The notes under the pieces: generated by a model | Told to the model about the DNA's origin: nothing | The model's database searches: none | The model's input: the letters and a program-made list of their open reading frames with translations, nothing else | Program-made: the position numbers and the translations under genes | Shown: piece after piece, positions 51,440-61,093 of the stretch | Layout: each line of letters begins with the position of its first letter | Position numbering within the stretch: position 1 is the first letter of the stretch | DNA from: Castellaniella sp. | Lineage (GTDB): Bacteria; Pseudomonadota; Gammaproteobacteria; Burkholderiales; Burkholderiaceae_B | NCBI RefSeq assembly: GCF_049673105.1 | Contig: NZ_JBATXG010000003.1 | Coordinates: 21,207-85,206, forward strand | Direction of reading: 5' to 3' | Length of the DNA stretch: 64,000 nt

Positions 51440-51928
51440 ATGCATAAGGTACTTTTTGTCTGCACGGGCAACATCTGCCGTTCCCCCTCTGCCCAGGGTG
51501 TATTCCAGCACCTGATCGATGAAGCCGACCTGTCGGACGCGATTTGTGTCGACTCGGCGGCTACTCACCAATTCCACGTGGGCGAGGCTCCCGATGCGCG
51601 TGCGCAGACGGCGGCCCGCAAACGCGGCTATGACCTGTCCACCCACGTGGCGCGGCAGATCACGTCCGACGATTTTCGCGATGCGGACCTGATCCTGTCC
51701 ATGGATTGGGAAAACATGTCTGCATTGCAGCAGCGCTGCCCGAAAATCTATCAACACAAACTGATGCTGTTGATGCGCTTTTCCAACGAATACGAAGAAG
51801 CCACCGTGCCCGACCCCTATTATGGCGGCCCCGAAGGCTTCAACAAGGTCCTGGACTACATCGAAGACGCCTGTCAGGGGGTTCTCGAACTCGTGCGCAA
51901 GCGCGCCCTGCAATATCAGGCCGCCTGA
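51440..51928 (+). CDS. Low-molecular-weight protein-tyrosine phosphatase
   Basis: MHKVLFVCTGNICRSP carries the CX5R(S) P-loop, and a downstream DPYY motif is present. Confidence 0.88.
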   Translation: MHKVLFVCTGNICRSPSAQGVFQHLIDEADLSDAICVDSAATHQFHVGEAPDARAQTAARKRGYDLSTHVARQITSDDFRDADLILSMDWENMSALQQRCPKIYQHKLMLLMRFSNEYEEATVPDPYYGGPEGFNKVLDYIEDACQGVLELVRKRALQYQAA

Positions 51929-51971
51929 TTCTATCCGGCACCGTTCGCCTGCCCACTGCTGCATCTGATCG

Positions 51972-51995
51972 ACGCCCTGTCTGACAGGGCGTTTT
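51972..51995 (+). terminator. Rho-independent terminator after the phosphatase gene
   Basis: ACGCCCTG-tctga-CAGGGCGT followed by TTTTGTATT. Confidence 0.65.
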
Positions 51996-52062
51996 GTATT
52001 GTGCGCGGCACAAGCGCATTTCTGCGTGAGGTCGGGGGACAGGCCTGGCAATCACCCGCTCT

Positions 52063-52512
52063 TCAACGCTTGCGGCTTTCGAGCATGCGCTGAAGCAATG
52101 TCTGAAGCTGTTGCCGATCTGATGCGCCAAGCTGTTCCGTCAGTGGCGCCAGTGCCAGTTGTGTTTGTGCCTGCAGACGCTTGACTAGTTCGGCGCCGGC
52201 ATCAGTCAGAAAAACATCGGTTGCCCTGCCGTCTTCCGTATTGGGCGCGCGCGCCACGAGTCCCTTCTTTTCCGCTCGGGCGATCAGCCCCGACATGGTC
52301 TGTTTCTCCAGCCCCAGGTAGTCGGCCAGTTCGCTCATCCGCGGGCGCCGGTCCCACAGAATGCCCAGCACGCGCATCAGCGTGAGAGACAGGTCATTTT
52401 CGGCGCCGAGCTTGTTGAGAACGGCCATCGTGACAAAGGCAGTCGGTACGAGCACGTCGGCCAGTCCTTCGTCGCTTGGGGGAGGCGGCGCCATGATTGT
52501 TTGCTGTTTCAT
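52063..52512 (-). CDS. MarR-family transcriptional regulator, divergent from the second efflux operon
   Basis: 149 aa with a winged-helix region RMSELADYLGLEKQTMSGLIARAEKKGLVAR...DGRA. Confidence 0.88.
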   Translation of the reverse strand: MKQQTIMAPPPPSDEGLADVLVPTAFVTMAVLNKLGAENDLSLTLMRVLGILWDRRPRMSELADYLGLEKQTMSGLIARAEKKGLVARAPNTEDGRATDVFLTDAGAELVKRLQAQTQLALAPLTEQLGASDRQQLQTLLQRMLESRKR

Positions 52513-52524
52513 GTTGGCTCTATC

Positions 52525-52571
52525 TTGACATAGTTCGTACTACGCATCAATAATAGATCGTAATACGAACT
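52525..52571. promoter_or_regulatory. Candidate sigma70 promoter overlapped by a 13-bp inverted repeat (likely MarR operator)
   Basis: Promoter: TTGACA(52525-30)-N18-AATAAT. Inverted repeat: AGTTCGTACTACG (52532-44) and CGTAATACGAACT (52559-71), matching 12 of 13. Confidence 0.5.
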
Positions 52572-52633
52572 TTCAGGAATGCGTGTTCATCGCAGGAGAG
52601 TCCCTTGAAAACAGTCGCCATCATCCCATTCAA

Positions 52634-54097
52634 ATGAGTCTCCGCCTGAGTGTTCGTCTATCTTCCCTGGCGCTGTCCAGCGGTCTGGTCCTGATGCTGA
52701 CCGCATGCACGGGTATGCCGGTGCGCGCTCCGGCGGTCGTTGATCTGCCCGAGGCGTGGCGCGCGCCCTTGCCTCATGGCGGGTCGACAGTGGCGCTTGC
52801 GGACTGGTGGAGGGCATTCTCCGATCCCTTGTTTGTCTCGCTGATTGAACGCGCCCAGGCAGCCAACCCGAATCTGCAGGCGGCTGCCGCCAGGCATCGG
52901 CGGGCGCGTGCCCTGGTCACCGAGTCCCGCGCCGACTTGCTGCCGACAGTTGACCTCGACGCCACCTCCAGCCGTGGCAAGAACCTCAACAGCATTCCCG
53001 GCGTTTCCACCCAGTCGGACGCCCGATTCACTGCCAGTTGGGAGATCGATCTCTTTGGCGGCAAGCGCGCTGCGGCCGATGAGCAAGCGGCGCGGGCCGA
53101 TGCCGCGCAATATGATTGGCATGCGGCACGGGTGACGTTGGCAGCCGATGTCGCCGGGGCCTATCTGGACTTGCGCTTGGCACAGGCGCGCGAGGAAGTC
53201 GCCGCACTCGATGGCTTATTGGCGGCGCAGCTGCTTGCCTGGGGCCGCCGGCAGCAGGCGGGCGGTCTCTTCAGTGCAAATGATGTCGCCGTGCTGCAGG
53301 CCGATGCTGCGTTGGCTTCGGCCCGCCGCAATGCCGAACGGGCAGAGGCGCAGGTGGCGTTGCAGGAACTGGCTTTGCTGCTGGGCATATCGGCGGCCCC
53401 CTTGGCGCTTGAACTGCAGGCCGCCGCCTTGCCCACAGCCTGGGCCTGGCCGCGCCGTGGGCTGCCCGGCGTCCCTGGGTTCGAAGTCTACGCGTTGCCG
53501 GCGCAGTTGCTGGCGCAGCGTCCCGATGTGGCTGCCGCCCACCAGCGTTGGCTGGCGGCACAGGCCCACTACCGCAGCGTGGATGCTCAACGGTATCCGC
53601 AGCTGAGTCTGGGCGCCCTGGCCGGTGAAGCCCGCCTCAGTGTGGGGGGGATGAACACACTGAGCTCTCTCTGGTCGATCGGCCCGAGTCTGACATTGCC
53701 ACTGTTCGATGGTGGAAGGCGCCGGGCCCAAGGCCGGGCCGCGCAGGCGTCGATCGATGAAGCGGCGGCGGCGCTGCAGTCGACATGGCAAACCGCCGTC
53801 GCCGAGGTCGAGGAATCGCTGGAGCGCATGGTTGCTGCGCGCGATCGCAGACGTGAAGCCGAAACAGTGGCGCGCGAATGGCAAGGCGTGGCCCAACGTG
53901 CCGTTTTGCAGGCGAGAGTGGGCCTGTACAGCGGTCCTGAGCGCGTCGCTTCGCAACGCAATGCTCTGACTGCTCACGATGATGTGCTGACCGCGCAGGC
54001 GGATCAGGCCAGGGCCTGGTTCCGCCTGTACCGCAGTCTGGGTGGCGGTTGGAACGTCGATCCGGATGCCATCGATCAACTGGCCGCTCAGTCATGA
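52634..54097 (+). CDS. RND efflux outer-membrane lipoprotein, NodT family
   Basis: Start at MSLRLSVRLSSLALSSGLVLMLTAC (lipobox LTAC). C-terminal YRSLGGGW. Confidence 0.88.
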   Translation: MSLRLSVRLSSLALSSGLVLMLTACTGMPVRAPAVVDLPEAWRAPLPHGGSTVALADWWRAFSDPLFVSLIERAQAANPNLQAAAARHRRARALVTESRADLLPTVDLDATSSRGKNLNSIPGVSTQSDARFTASWEIDLFGGKRAAADEQAARADAAQYDWHAARVTLAADVAGAYLDLRLAQAREEVAALDGLLAAQLLAWGRRQQAGGLFSANDVAVLQADAALASARRNAERAEAQVALQELALLLGISAAPLALELQAAALPTAWAWPRRGLPGVPGFEVYALPAQLLAQRPDVAAAHQRWLAAQAHYRSVDAQRYPQLSLGALAGEARLSVGGMNTLSSLWSIGPSLTLPLFDGGRRRAQGRAAQASIDEAAAALQSTWQTAVAEVEESLERMVAARDRRREAETVAREWQGVAQRAVLQARVGLYSGPERVASQRNALTAHDDVLTAQADQARAWFRLYRSLGGGWNVDPDAIDQLAAQS

Positions 54098-55224
54098 AGC
54101 ATCGTTTCGCCTATCTTTCGGCTGCCGCTGCGGTCCTTTCCATTGTCTGCGCCGCTCTGTTCGTGGCCATGCGTGATGCGGCTCCCCTTGTCTCTGAATC
54201 GTCCTCTGCGGTGCCGCCCGCCTTGACGGTCAAGCGCACCTTGGTCACCGCGCAGCAGTGGCCGCAAACATTGGACGCTGTCGGCAGCATCGCCGCCTGG
54301 CAGGAAATCGTGATCAGCGCTGAGATCGGCGGGCGGCGTCTGTCGCGCTTGCTGGTCGATATCGGTGACCGGGTGACGCAAGGACAGCTTATGGCGCAGC
54401 TTGGTCCCGGCACGCTTGAGGCCGATCTGAACGCCAGCCGTGCGGCGCTTCGAGAGGCCCAAGCCACTGCCGCAGAGGCGGGGCGTGCGGCGGGTCGCGC
54501 CCGTGCCTTGCAGGGTACCGAGGTCTTGTCTGCGCAGGCTATCGACCAGGCGCTGGTGGCCGGCGATGTCGCGCAAGCTCGTTTGGCTGCGGCCCGCGCA
54601 CGCGTGCAGGCCGATGCGTTGCGGCTGGCCTACACCCAGGTGCGCGCGCCGGATGACGGCGTGATCAGCTTGCGACCTGCGGTGGCGGGTGCGCTCGTCC
54701 AGCAAGGGGAAGAAATCATGCGCCTGCAACGTCAGGGGCGGCTTGAATGGCGTGCTGAACTGCCGGGGCCGGAACTTGCGCGCGTGACGCCAGGTCAGAC
54801 CGTACGGGTCACGCTGGACGGCACGCGGACTGTCGAAGGCCGTGTGCGCAACATCTCACCGCAGGTCGATCCGCAAAGCCGTACCGGCATCGTGTACGTG
54901 GATCTCAAGCCCGCCGCTCGGGTGCGGGCCGGGCTGTTTGCCCGAGGCGAGTTTCTACTGGATCCGCGTGCGGTGCTGGCGCTGCCCGCAACCGCCATCC
55001 TGCTGCGCGACGGCTTCAGCTATGTCTTCCGCATCGAGGGTGGTGATAGGGTGCGGCAGCAGAAAGTCATGCTGGGCGCAAGGCGCGGCGATCAGGTGGA
55101 GATCCGTGAAGGACTGGCTGCCGGCGCCGCTGTGGTTGAGTCCGGGGTCGGCTTCCTGGCGGATGGGGTGACGGTGCGTGTCACCGCGACCGCTGCGCCA
55201 CCGTCCTCCGACACGGTGCGCTGA
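54094..55224 (+). CDS. RND efflux periplasmic adaptor (membrane fusion protein)
   Basis: Start MKHRFAYLSAAAAVLSIV overlaps the upstream stop (ATGA). A coiled-coil hairpin and beta-barrel regions are present. Confidence 0.85.
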   Translation: MKHRFAYLSAAAAVLSIVCAALFVAMRDAAPLVSESSSAVPPALTVKRTLVTAQQWPQTLDAVGSIAAWQEIVISAEIGGRRLSRLLVDIGDRVTQGQLMAQLGPGTLEADLNASRAALREAQATAAEAGRAAGRARALQGTEVLSAQAIDQALVAGDVAQARLAAARARVQADALRLAYTQVRAPDDGVISLRPAVAGALVQQGEEIMRLQRQGRLEWRAELPGPELARVTPGQTVRVTLDGTRTVEGRVRNISPQVDPQSRTGIVYVDLKPAARVRAGLFARGEFLLDPRAVLALPATAILLRDGFSYVFRIEGGDRVRQQKVMLGARRGDQVEIREGLAAGAAVVESGVGFLADGVTVRVTATAAPPSSDTVR

Positions 55225-55235
55225 AGAGGGCGGCC

Positions 55236-58200
55236 ATGAATTTTTCAGATTGGTCGATTCGCAATCCTGTTCCGACTATCTTGCTGTTTGCCCTGCTGAC
55301 GGTGGCGGGGCTATTCGCATTCGGCGGCGCCAAAATCCAGAATTTCCCCGACGTCGATCTGCCCCTGGTGACGGTCGTGGCCAGCTTGCCGGGCGTGGCG
55401 CCCGCCCAAATGGAAACCGAGGTGGCGCGCAAGCTGGAGAATGCCATGGCCACCATGAAGGGGCTGCGGCACTTGCATACGACGGTGCAGGACGGCGTAG
55501 CCACGGTCTCGGCTGAGTTCCGCCTGGAGAAGCCCCCTCAGGAAGCCTTGGACGATACGCGGGCCGCCGTGGCCCGTGTGCGGGCGGACTTGCCTGCCGC
55601 CTTGCGTGACCCCGTCATCAGCAAGGTAGAGTTCAAGAATGCCCCGATTCTGACGTATACGGTGGCCTCGTCGCGCATGGATGAGGAAGCCTTGTCGTGG
55701 TTCGTCGATGACCAGATCACGCGGCGTCTGCTGGCCGTGCCCGGCGTCGGAGCCGTCAACCGTGTCGGTGGCGTCAATCGTGAAGTCCGCGTGGAACTGG
55801 ACCCCGATCGACTGTTGGCATTGCGCCTGAGCGCGGCTGATGTGTCACGCCGGCTTGGCCAGATGCAAGGCGAGGCCTCCGGCGGTCGCATCAGGCTGGG
55901 TAGCGGCGAGCAGACGATACGCGCGGTCGTTGCGGCACCCTCGGCGGCGGCTCTGGCGGCGATTGCCATTCCCTTGCAGGATGGTCGTGTCGTGCGTCTG
56001 GACCAAGTGGCCTCCGTGACCGATACCGTGGCTGAGCGCCGTAGCGCCGCCTTTCTGAACGGCAATCCGGTCGTCGGCTTCGAGGTTCTGCGCACCACGG
56101 GCGCGGGTGACCTGGCCGTGGCCGATGGCGTGCGCCAGGCGCTCGCCGCATTGAAAGCCGAACAGCCGGATCTTGAACTGACCGAAGCATTCAACGCCGT
56201 CGATCCAGTTGTGGAGAACTTCGAAGGCAGCATGTCGCTGCTTCTGGAAGGCGCTTTGCTGGCGGTGCTTGTCGTGGGACTCTTTTTGCGCGATATCCGC
56301 GCGACGTTCATCAGCGCCGTGGCTCTGCCGCTGTCCATCATCCCCACTTTCCTGTTCATGCAATGGCTGGGGTTCACGCTGAACGTCGTCACCTTGCTGT
56401 CGCTATCGTTGGTGGTGGGCATCCTGGTGGATGATGCCATCGTCGAGATCGAGAACATCATGCGCCACTTGGCGCAGGGCAAGGATCCGCTGGAGGCTGC
56501 GCGGGAAGCAAGCGATGAGATCGGGATGGCGGTGATCGCCACCACCTTTGCGCTGATTGCCGTCTTCCTGCCCACTGCCTTCATGGATGGCCTGGCCGGC
56601 AAGTTCTTCGTGCAGTTCGGATGGACCGCGTCCATCGCGGTCTTCTTTTCGCTTGTCGTGGCCCGGCTGTGCACGCCCATGATGGCGGCCTATTGGTTGA
56701 AGAAGCCGGCCCGAGCCCATGCCGAACCATTCTGGATGCCGGCCTATCTGAAGGCTGCGCGCTGGGCATTCGCGCACAAGGGCGCGACGCTGACGATCGT
56801 GGCGTCTTTCAGCATCGCCAGTTGCACGCCGCTGCTGACGGGCGCGATCAAAAGCGATTTCATGCCGCCCGCTGACGTGAGCCAGACCCGCATCAGCGTC
56901 GAACTGCCGCCGGGCAGCACCTTCGAGCAGACGCGCGCTGTCGCTGATCAGGTGGGCGCAGCCGTGGCCGCGCATCCGCAGGTGACCACGGTCTATACCG
57001 CTGTCGGCGGCGGCAGCGCCGGAGATAGCCCGGTGCACAATGCAGCCGAAGCGCGCATGGCGAATCTGACGCTGAACCTGATGTCGCGCGAAGAGCGCCC
57101 AGACCAGAGCCAGCAGCTCATCGAGCGCGAACTGCGTTCCCGTTTGCTGGATGTGGCGGGCGCGCGCATCAAGGTGGCCGTGGATGAGGTCTATACCTTG
57201 GTGCTCTCCGGCGAGGATAGCGACCTGCTGGCGCAGCATGCGGCCAGGGTAGAGCAGGAATTGCGCGGTCTGGCAGGCATCGGCCAAGTAATCAGCAGCG
57301 CGAGCTTGCAGCGGCCGGAATTGATTGTGCGTCCGGATACGGCCCGAGCAGCCGATCTGGGCGTGAGCACGGATGCGATTGCAGAGACGTTGCGGGTGGC
57401 TGCTCTGGGCGACTATGAGCAGTTTCTGCCAAAGCTGAATCTGGACCAGCGTCAGGTGCCGATTGTGGTGCGACTGCCCGATGATGCGATGCATGACCTC
57501 GCCTTGCTGCGCCAGCTCACGGTGCCGGGCGCTCGCGGCCCCGTGCCGCTGAGCCATGTGGCCGAGATGACGATTGCCAGCGGGCCGGCGCAGATCAGCC
57601 GCCTTGACCGCCGGCGCAATGTGAACTTCGAGATCGAACTCAACGGTCAGGCGCTGGGCGATGTACAGCAGCGCGTCGCCGCCTTGCCCAGCCTGTCGCA
57701 TCTGCCTCCCGGTTTGTTCAGGAACGACATCGGCGAGGCGGAAACGTCCAACGAACTGGGCCGGAGTTTCCTGCTGGCGATGGGCGCCGGCGTGGCCTGC
57801 ATCTACATCGTGCTGGTGCTGTTGTTTCGTGCCTGGGTGCAGCCGGTGACGATTCTTGGCGCGCTGCTGTTATCGGTGCCTGGGGTGATCCTGGTCTTAT
57901 TCGCCACCGGCACCAACCTCAGCATGCCTGTCATGATCGGGGTGATCATGTTGATGGGGATTTCCTCCAAGAATTCCATCCTGCTGGTGGAATATGCAAT
58001 CATGGCGCGCCGCGGTCACGGCATGTCGCGGCATGAGGCATTGCTGGATGCCTGCCATAAGCGTGCGCGCCCCATCGTGATGACGACGCTGGCGATGGGC
58101 GTTGGCATGCTGCCCATTGCGCTGGGCTTGGGCGCCGATCCGAGCTTTCGTGCACCGATGGCCATTGTCGTGATCGGCGGTCTGATCACCTCGACGTTCT

Positions 58201-58298
58201 TGAGTCTGTTGCTTGTTCCGGTGCTCTATGCCGTATTGGACGATCTTGCTCAGCGTTTCACGCCGGGACCTGGGCCGGTGAGGCCGTCCCGCCGCTAG
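55236..58298 (+). CDS. RND efflux permease (AcrB/MdtB-like, hydrophobe/amphiphile type)
   Basis: 1020 aa. N-terminus MNFSDWSIRNPVPTILLF. TM4 shows GILVDDAIVEIEN. The predicted topology has twelve transmembrane segments and two large periplasmic loops. Confidence 0.9.
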   Translation: MNFSDWSIRNPVPTILLFALLTVAGLFAFGGAKIQNFPDVDLPLVTVVASLPGVAPAQMETEVARKLENAMATMKGLRHLHTTVQDGVATVSAEFRLEKPPQEALDDTRAAVARVRADLPAALRDPVISKVEFKNAPILTYTVASSRMDEEALSWFVDDQITRRLLAVPGVGAVNRVGGVNREVRVELDPDRLLALRLSAADVSRRLGQMQGEASGGRIRLGSGEQTIRAVVAAPSAAALAAIAIPLQDGRVVRLDQVASVTDTVAERRSAAFLNGNPVVGFEVLRTTGAGDLAVADGVRQALAALKAEQPDLELTEAFNAVDPVVENFEGSMSLLLEGALLAVLVVGLFLRDIRATFISAVALPLSIIPTFLFMQWLGFTLNVVTLLSLSLVVGILVDDAIVEIENIMRHLAQGKDPLEAAREASDEIGMAVIATTFALIAVFLPTAFMDGLAGKFFVQFGWTASIAVFFSLVVARLCTPMMAAYWLKKPARAHAEPFWMPAYLKAARWAFAHKGATLTIVASFSIASCTPLLTGAIKSDFMPPADVSQTRISVELPPGSTFEQTRAVADQVGAAVAAHPQVTTVYTAVGGGSAGDSPVHNAAEARMANLTLNLMSREERPDQSQQLIERELRSRLLDVAGARIKVAVDEVYTLVLSGEDSDLLAQHAARVEQELRGLAGIGQVISSASLQRPELIVRPDTARAADLGVSTDAIAETLRVAALGDYEQFLPKLNLDQRQVPIVVRLPDDAMHDLALLRQLTVPGARGPVPLSHVAEMTIASGPAQISRLDRRRNVNFEIELNGQALGDVQQRVAALPSLSHLPPGLFRNDIGEAETSNELGRSFLLAMGAGVACIYIVLVLLFRAWVQPVTILGALLLSVPGVILVLFATGTNLSMPVMIGVIMLMGISSKNSILLVEYAIMARRGHGMSRHEALLDACHKRARPIVMTTLAMGVGMLPIALGLGADPSFRAPMAIVVIGGLITSTFLSLLLVPVLYAVLDDLAQRFTPGPGPVRPSRR

Positions 58299-58380
58299 CC
58301 TGCGTCGCCGCGTTTTACTCACCCGCATCCACTAAAAACCTCAACTTGATGTTGGTCAATTATTTGCATACTATGCCCTT

Positions 58381-58436
58381 AAATCTGAGTGTTTTAGTCG
58401 GGTACTGGGCTATACTTGACTTTAATAGTCGGGTAT
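58381..58436. promoter_or_regulatory. Two tandem IscR type-1 binding sites upstream of iscR
   Basis: Site 2, ATACTTGACTTTAATAGTCGGGTAT (58412-58436), matches the recalled consensus ATASYYGACTRWWWYAGTCRRSTAT at 24 of 25 positions. Site 1, AAATCTGAGTGTTTTAGTCGGGTAC (58381-58405), matches at about 21 of 25. Confidence 0.75.
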
Positions 58437-58480
58437 AAATTTCCCGTGTGATTTGATTCAGAACCAAAAGGGGTTTCATC

Positions 58481-58996
58481 ATGCGTTTGACGACCAAAGG
58501 GCGTTTTGCCGTAACGGCAATGATCGATCTGGCTTTGCGTCATCACAGCGGGCCGGTCACGCTGGCCGCCATCAGCGGGCGCCAGAATATTTCCCTGTCT
58601 TATCTGGAACAGCTGTTCGGCAAGCTGCGTCGTCACGAACTCGTGGACAGCGTGCGCGGGCCGGGCGGGGGGTATATGCTGGCGCGTCACGCCCGCGACC
58701 TGTCCGTCGCCGACATCATCTTCGCGGTGGACGAGCCGCTGGATGCCACCAGCTGCGGCGGCAAGGAAAACTGTGACATCGGGCGTAACGGTCGTTCGGG
58801 AAAGTGCATGACCCATGACCTGTGGGCGACCTTGAGTCGTAAAATGCTGGAATACCTGGATTCGGTGTCGCTGCAGGATCTGGTCGATCAACAGCGGCTA
58901 CGGGAATGGCAGGAATCGGGGCAGCTGCGCAACGGCCGCCCGACGATCCCCATCACGCCCGTGGCCAGCGATGCCCAGCAATCCGTTTCCGCCTGA
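58481..58996 (+). CDS. iscR: Fe-S cluster assembly transcriptional regulator IscR (Rrf2 family)
   Basis: [18 protein letters not shown]...[15 protein letters not shown]. The cluster-ligand cysteines (C-x-C-x5-C region: [19 protein letters not shown]) are present. The gene lies directly upstream of iscS. Confidence 0.92.
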   Translation: MRLTTKGRFAVTAMIDLALRHHSGPVTLAAISGRQNISLSYLEQLFGKLRRHELVDSVRGPGGGYMLARHARDLSVADIIFAVDEPLDATSCGGKENCDIGRNGRSGKCMTHDLWATLSRKMLEYLDSVSLQDLVDQQRLREWQESGQLRNGRPTIPITPVASDAQQSVSA

Positions 58997-59016
58997 TTGT
59001 TCTGGAGTCTTCATCA

Positions 59017-60237
59017 ATGCCGCAAGGCCTATCAGCAGATCGCCCCATCTATCTGGATTATTCCGCCACCACGCCGGTGGATGAACGTGTCGCACAGGCC
59101 ATGCTCCCCTGGCTGACCGAACGCTTCGGCAACCCGGCTTCGCGCAGCCATGCCTGGGGCTGGGACGCGGAAGAAGCCGTAGAACAGGCGCGCGCCCGGG
59201 TCGCCGGCCTGATCCACGCCGATCCGCGAGAAATCATCTGGACCTCGGGCGCCACCGAATCCAATAATCTGGCAATCAAAGGCGTGGCCGAATTCCACGC
59301 AGCGCGCGGACGGCACATCATCACCGTGCGCACCGAACACAAGGCCGTGCTGGATGCCTGTCAGGCCCTGGAACAGCGCGGCTTTCAAGTGACGTACCTG
59401 GACGTGGACGAGGGCGGTCTGCTCAGCCCCCAGGCGCTGCGGGCGGCTCTGCGCCCCGATACCATCCTGGCGTCCGTCATGCTGGTGAATAATGAAATCG
59501 GCGTCATTCAGGACATTGCCGCGCTGGCTGCCGTGTGCCGGGAACAGGGCGTCCTGTTCCATACCGACGCTGCCCAGGCCACGGGCAAGGTCGCCATCGA
59601 CGTCGCTGCCCTGGATGTCGATCTGCTGTCCATGTCGGCGCACAAGACCTACGGCCCCAAAGGGATCGGGGCGCTGTACGTGCGGCGCAAGCCCCGTGTG
59701 CGCCTGGAAGCCCAAATCCACGGCGGCGGACACGAGCGCGGCATGCGTTCCGGCACGCTGCCCACGCACCAGATCGTCGGCATGGGCCAGGCGTATGCCT
59801 TGGCCGCCGAACTGATGGATCAGGAAATCCCTCGTATCCGGGCGTTGCGGGATCGTTTGTGGGACGGTCTGAAAGACCTGCCCGACGTCTACCTGAACGG
59901 GGCGCTCGACCATCGCGTGGCGAACACGCTGAATGTCAGCATCGCCCATATCGAAGGCGAATCCCTCTTGATGGCCGTTCCCGAACTCGCCGTTTCCAGC
60001 GGGTCGGCCTGCACATCCGCCAGTCTCGAACCTTCCTACGTGTTGCGGGCCTTGGGGCGCAGCGACCCGCTGGCGCACAGTTCACTGCGCCTGACGCTGG
60101 GCCGCTACACCACGCAGGAACAGGTCGATCGGGCCATTGGCTTGCTGCGCACGCAGATTCAGCGCTTACGCGAACTTTCGCCCTTATGGGAAATGCGTCA
60201 GCAGGGTACGCTGGCGGCTTGGGAAGGCGCTTTGTGA
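59017..60237 (+). CDS. iscS: Cysteine desulfurase IscS
   Basis: Start re-placed at [20 protein letters not shown]. The PLP lysine context (SAHKxYGPKG) and the active-site loop [16 protein letters not shown] are present. Confidence 0.94.
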   Translation: MPQGLSADRPIYLDYSATTPVDERVAQAMLPWLTERFGNPASRSHAWGWDAEEAVEQARARVAGLIHADPREIIWTSGATESNNLAIKGVAEFHAARGRHIITVRTEHKAVLDACQALEQRGFQVTYLDVDEGGLLSPQALRAALRPDTILASVMLVNNEIGVIQDIAALAAVCREQGVLFHTDAAQATGKVAIDVAALDVDLLSMSAHKTYGPKGIGALYVRRKPRVRLEAQIHGGGHERGMRSGTLPTHQIVGMGQAYALAAELMDQEIPRIRALRDRLWDGLKDLPDVYLNGALDHRVANTLNVSIAHIEGESLLMAVPELAVSSGSACTSASLEPSYVLRALGRSDPLAHSSLRLTLGRYTTQEQVDRAIGLLRTQIQRLRELSPLWEMRQQGTLAAWEGAL

Positions 60238-60623
60238 TGGCGGGGACTGCATACGGGCCGCAGGTCCTGGATCATTACCTGCATCCGCGTCACGTGGGGT
60301 CTTTCGACCCCCAGGACAGCCAGGTGGGCACCGCGCTAGTCGGTTCGCCGGCCTTGGGCCAGGTGCTGAAGCTGCAAATTCGTTTGCAGGGTGCGGCCAT
60401 CGAGTCCGCCTGCTTCCGGGCGTTTGGCTGCGGCGCCGCGATTGCGGCGGGGTCCTTGGCGACCGAATGGCTGCAGGGCCGCAGCCTGGATCAGGCACTG
60501 GCTATCCGCAGCCAGGATTTCGTCCAGGCGCTGGATCTGCCGCCTGCCAAGCTGCACTGCGCTTTGTTGGCGGAAGACGCGATCCGCGCAGCAGTTGCGG
60601 ACTATACTGATAAGCATTCTTGA
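60237..60623 (+). CDS. iscU: IscU-like Fe-S scaffold protein, atypical (Leu and Gln at the positions of E. coli Cys37 and Asp39)
   Basis: 128 aa. The ATG overlaps the iscS stop (TGATG). It aligns along its whole length with IscU (VLDHYxxPRxVGSF, [24 protein letters not shown]), but GSPALGQV replaces GAPACGDV. Confidence 0.8.
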   Translation: MAGTAYGPQVLDHYLHPRHVGSFDPQDSQVGTALVGSPALGQVLKLQIRLQGAAIESACFRAFGCGAAIAAGSLATEWLQGRSLDQALAIRSQDFVQALDLPPAKLHCALLAEDAIRAAVADYTDKHS

Positions 60624-60649
60624 ATACCGGTTTTATTGTCGAGGTCACC

Positions 60650-60973
60650 ATGGCAGTCACACTGACACAACAGGCAGCCGATCATATCCGGCGCCATCTG
60701 GAAAAACGCGGCAAGGGCCTGGGCCTGCGCTTGGGCGTGAAGCCGTCCGGCTGCTCGGGCATGTCCTATCAGCTGGAATACGTAGACGACCCGATGGCCG
60801 AAGATCAGATCTTCGAACAATTCGGCGCGCGCGTGTACGTGGCGCCCGACAGTCTGACCTATCTGCAGGGCACCGAACTGGACTACGTCCGGGAAGGCCT
60901 GAACGAGGGATTCCGTTTCCGCAACCCCAATGAAAAAGCCGCTTGCGGCTGCGGGGAATCATTTACCGTGTAA
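60650..60973 (+). CDS. iscA: Iron-sulfur cluster insertion/assembly protein IscA (HesB family)
   Basis: 107 aa from [20 protein letters not shown] and C-terminal CGCGESF cysteines are present. Confidence 0.9.
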   Translation: MAVTLTQQAADHIRRHLEKRGKGLGLRLGVKPSGCSGMSYQLEYVDDPMAEDQIFEQFGARVYVAPDSLTYLQGTELDYVREGLNEGFRFRNPNEKAACGCGESFTV

Positions 60974-60995
60974 CGGGCGCCCGCGTCGCGGACAT

Positions 60996-61026
60996 GCAAA
61001 AGGCCGGGGTGATTCCCGGCCTTTTG
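60996..61026. terminator. Bidirectional rho-independent terminator between iscA and lysS
   Basis: GCAAAAGGCCGGG-gtgatt-CCCGGCCTTTTGC. Confidence 0.8.
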
Positions 61027-61093
61027 CATGGAGCGCCGGGATGTCCCGGGCTTCGGCGGCTTCGCAGGGAAGCCGTCGAGGTGTCAGCGGCGA

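Noticed and set aside
59535-60623. 362-aa ORF spanning most of iscS in another frame and running into iscU
   Set aside because: Only the last 128 codons (from the ATG at 60237) show IscU homology. The upstream part overlaps the well-supported iscS frame and translates to Pro/Arg/Gly-rich sequence with no recognisable motifs.
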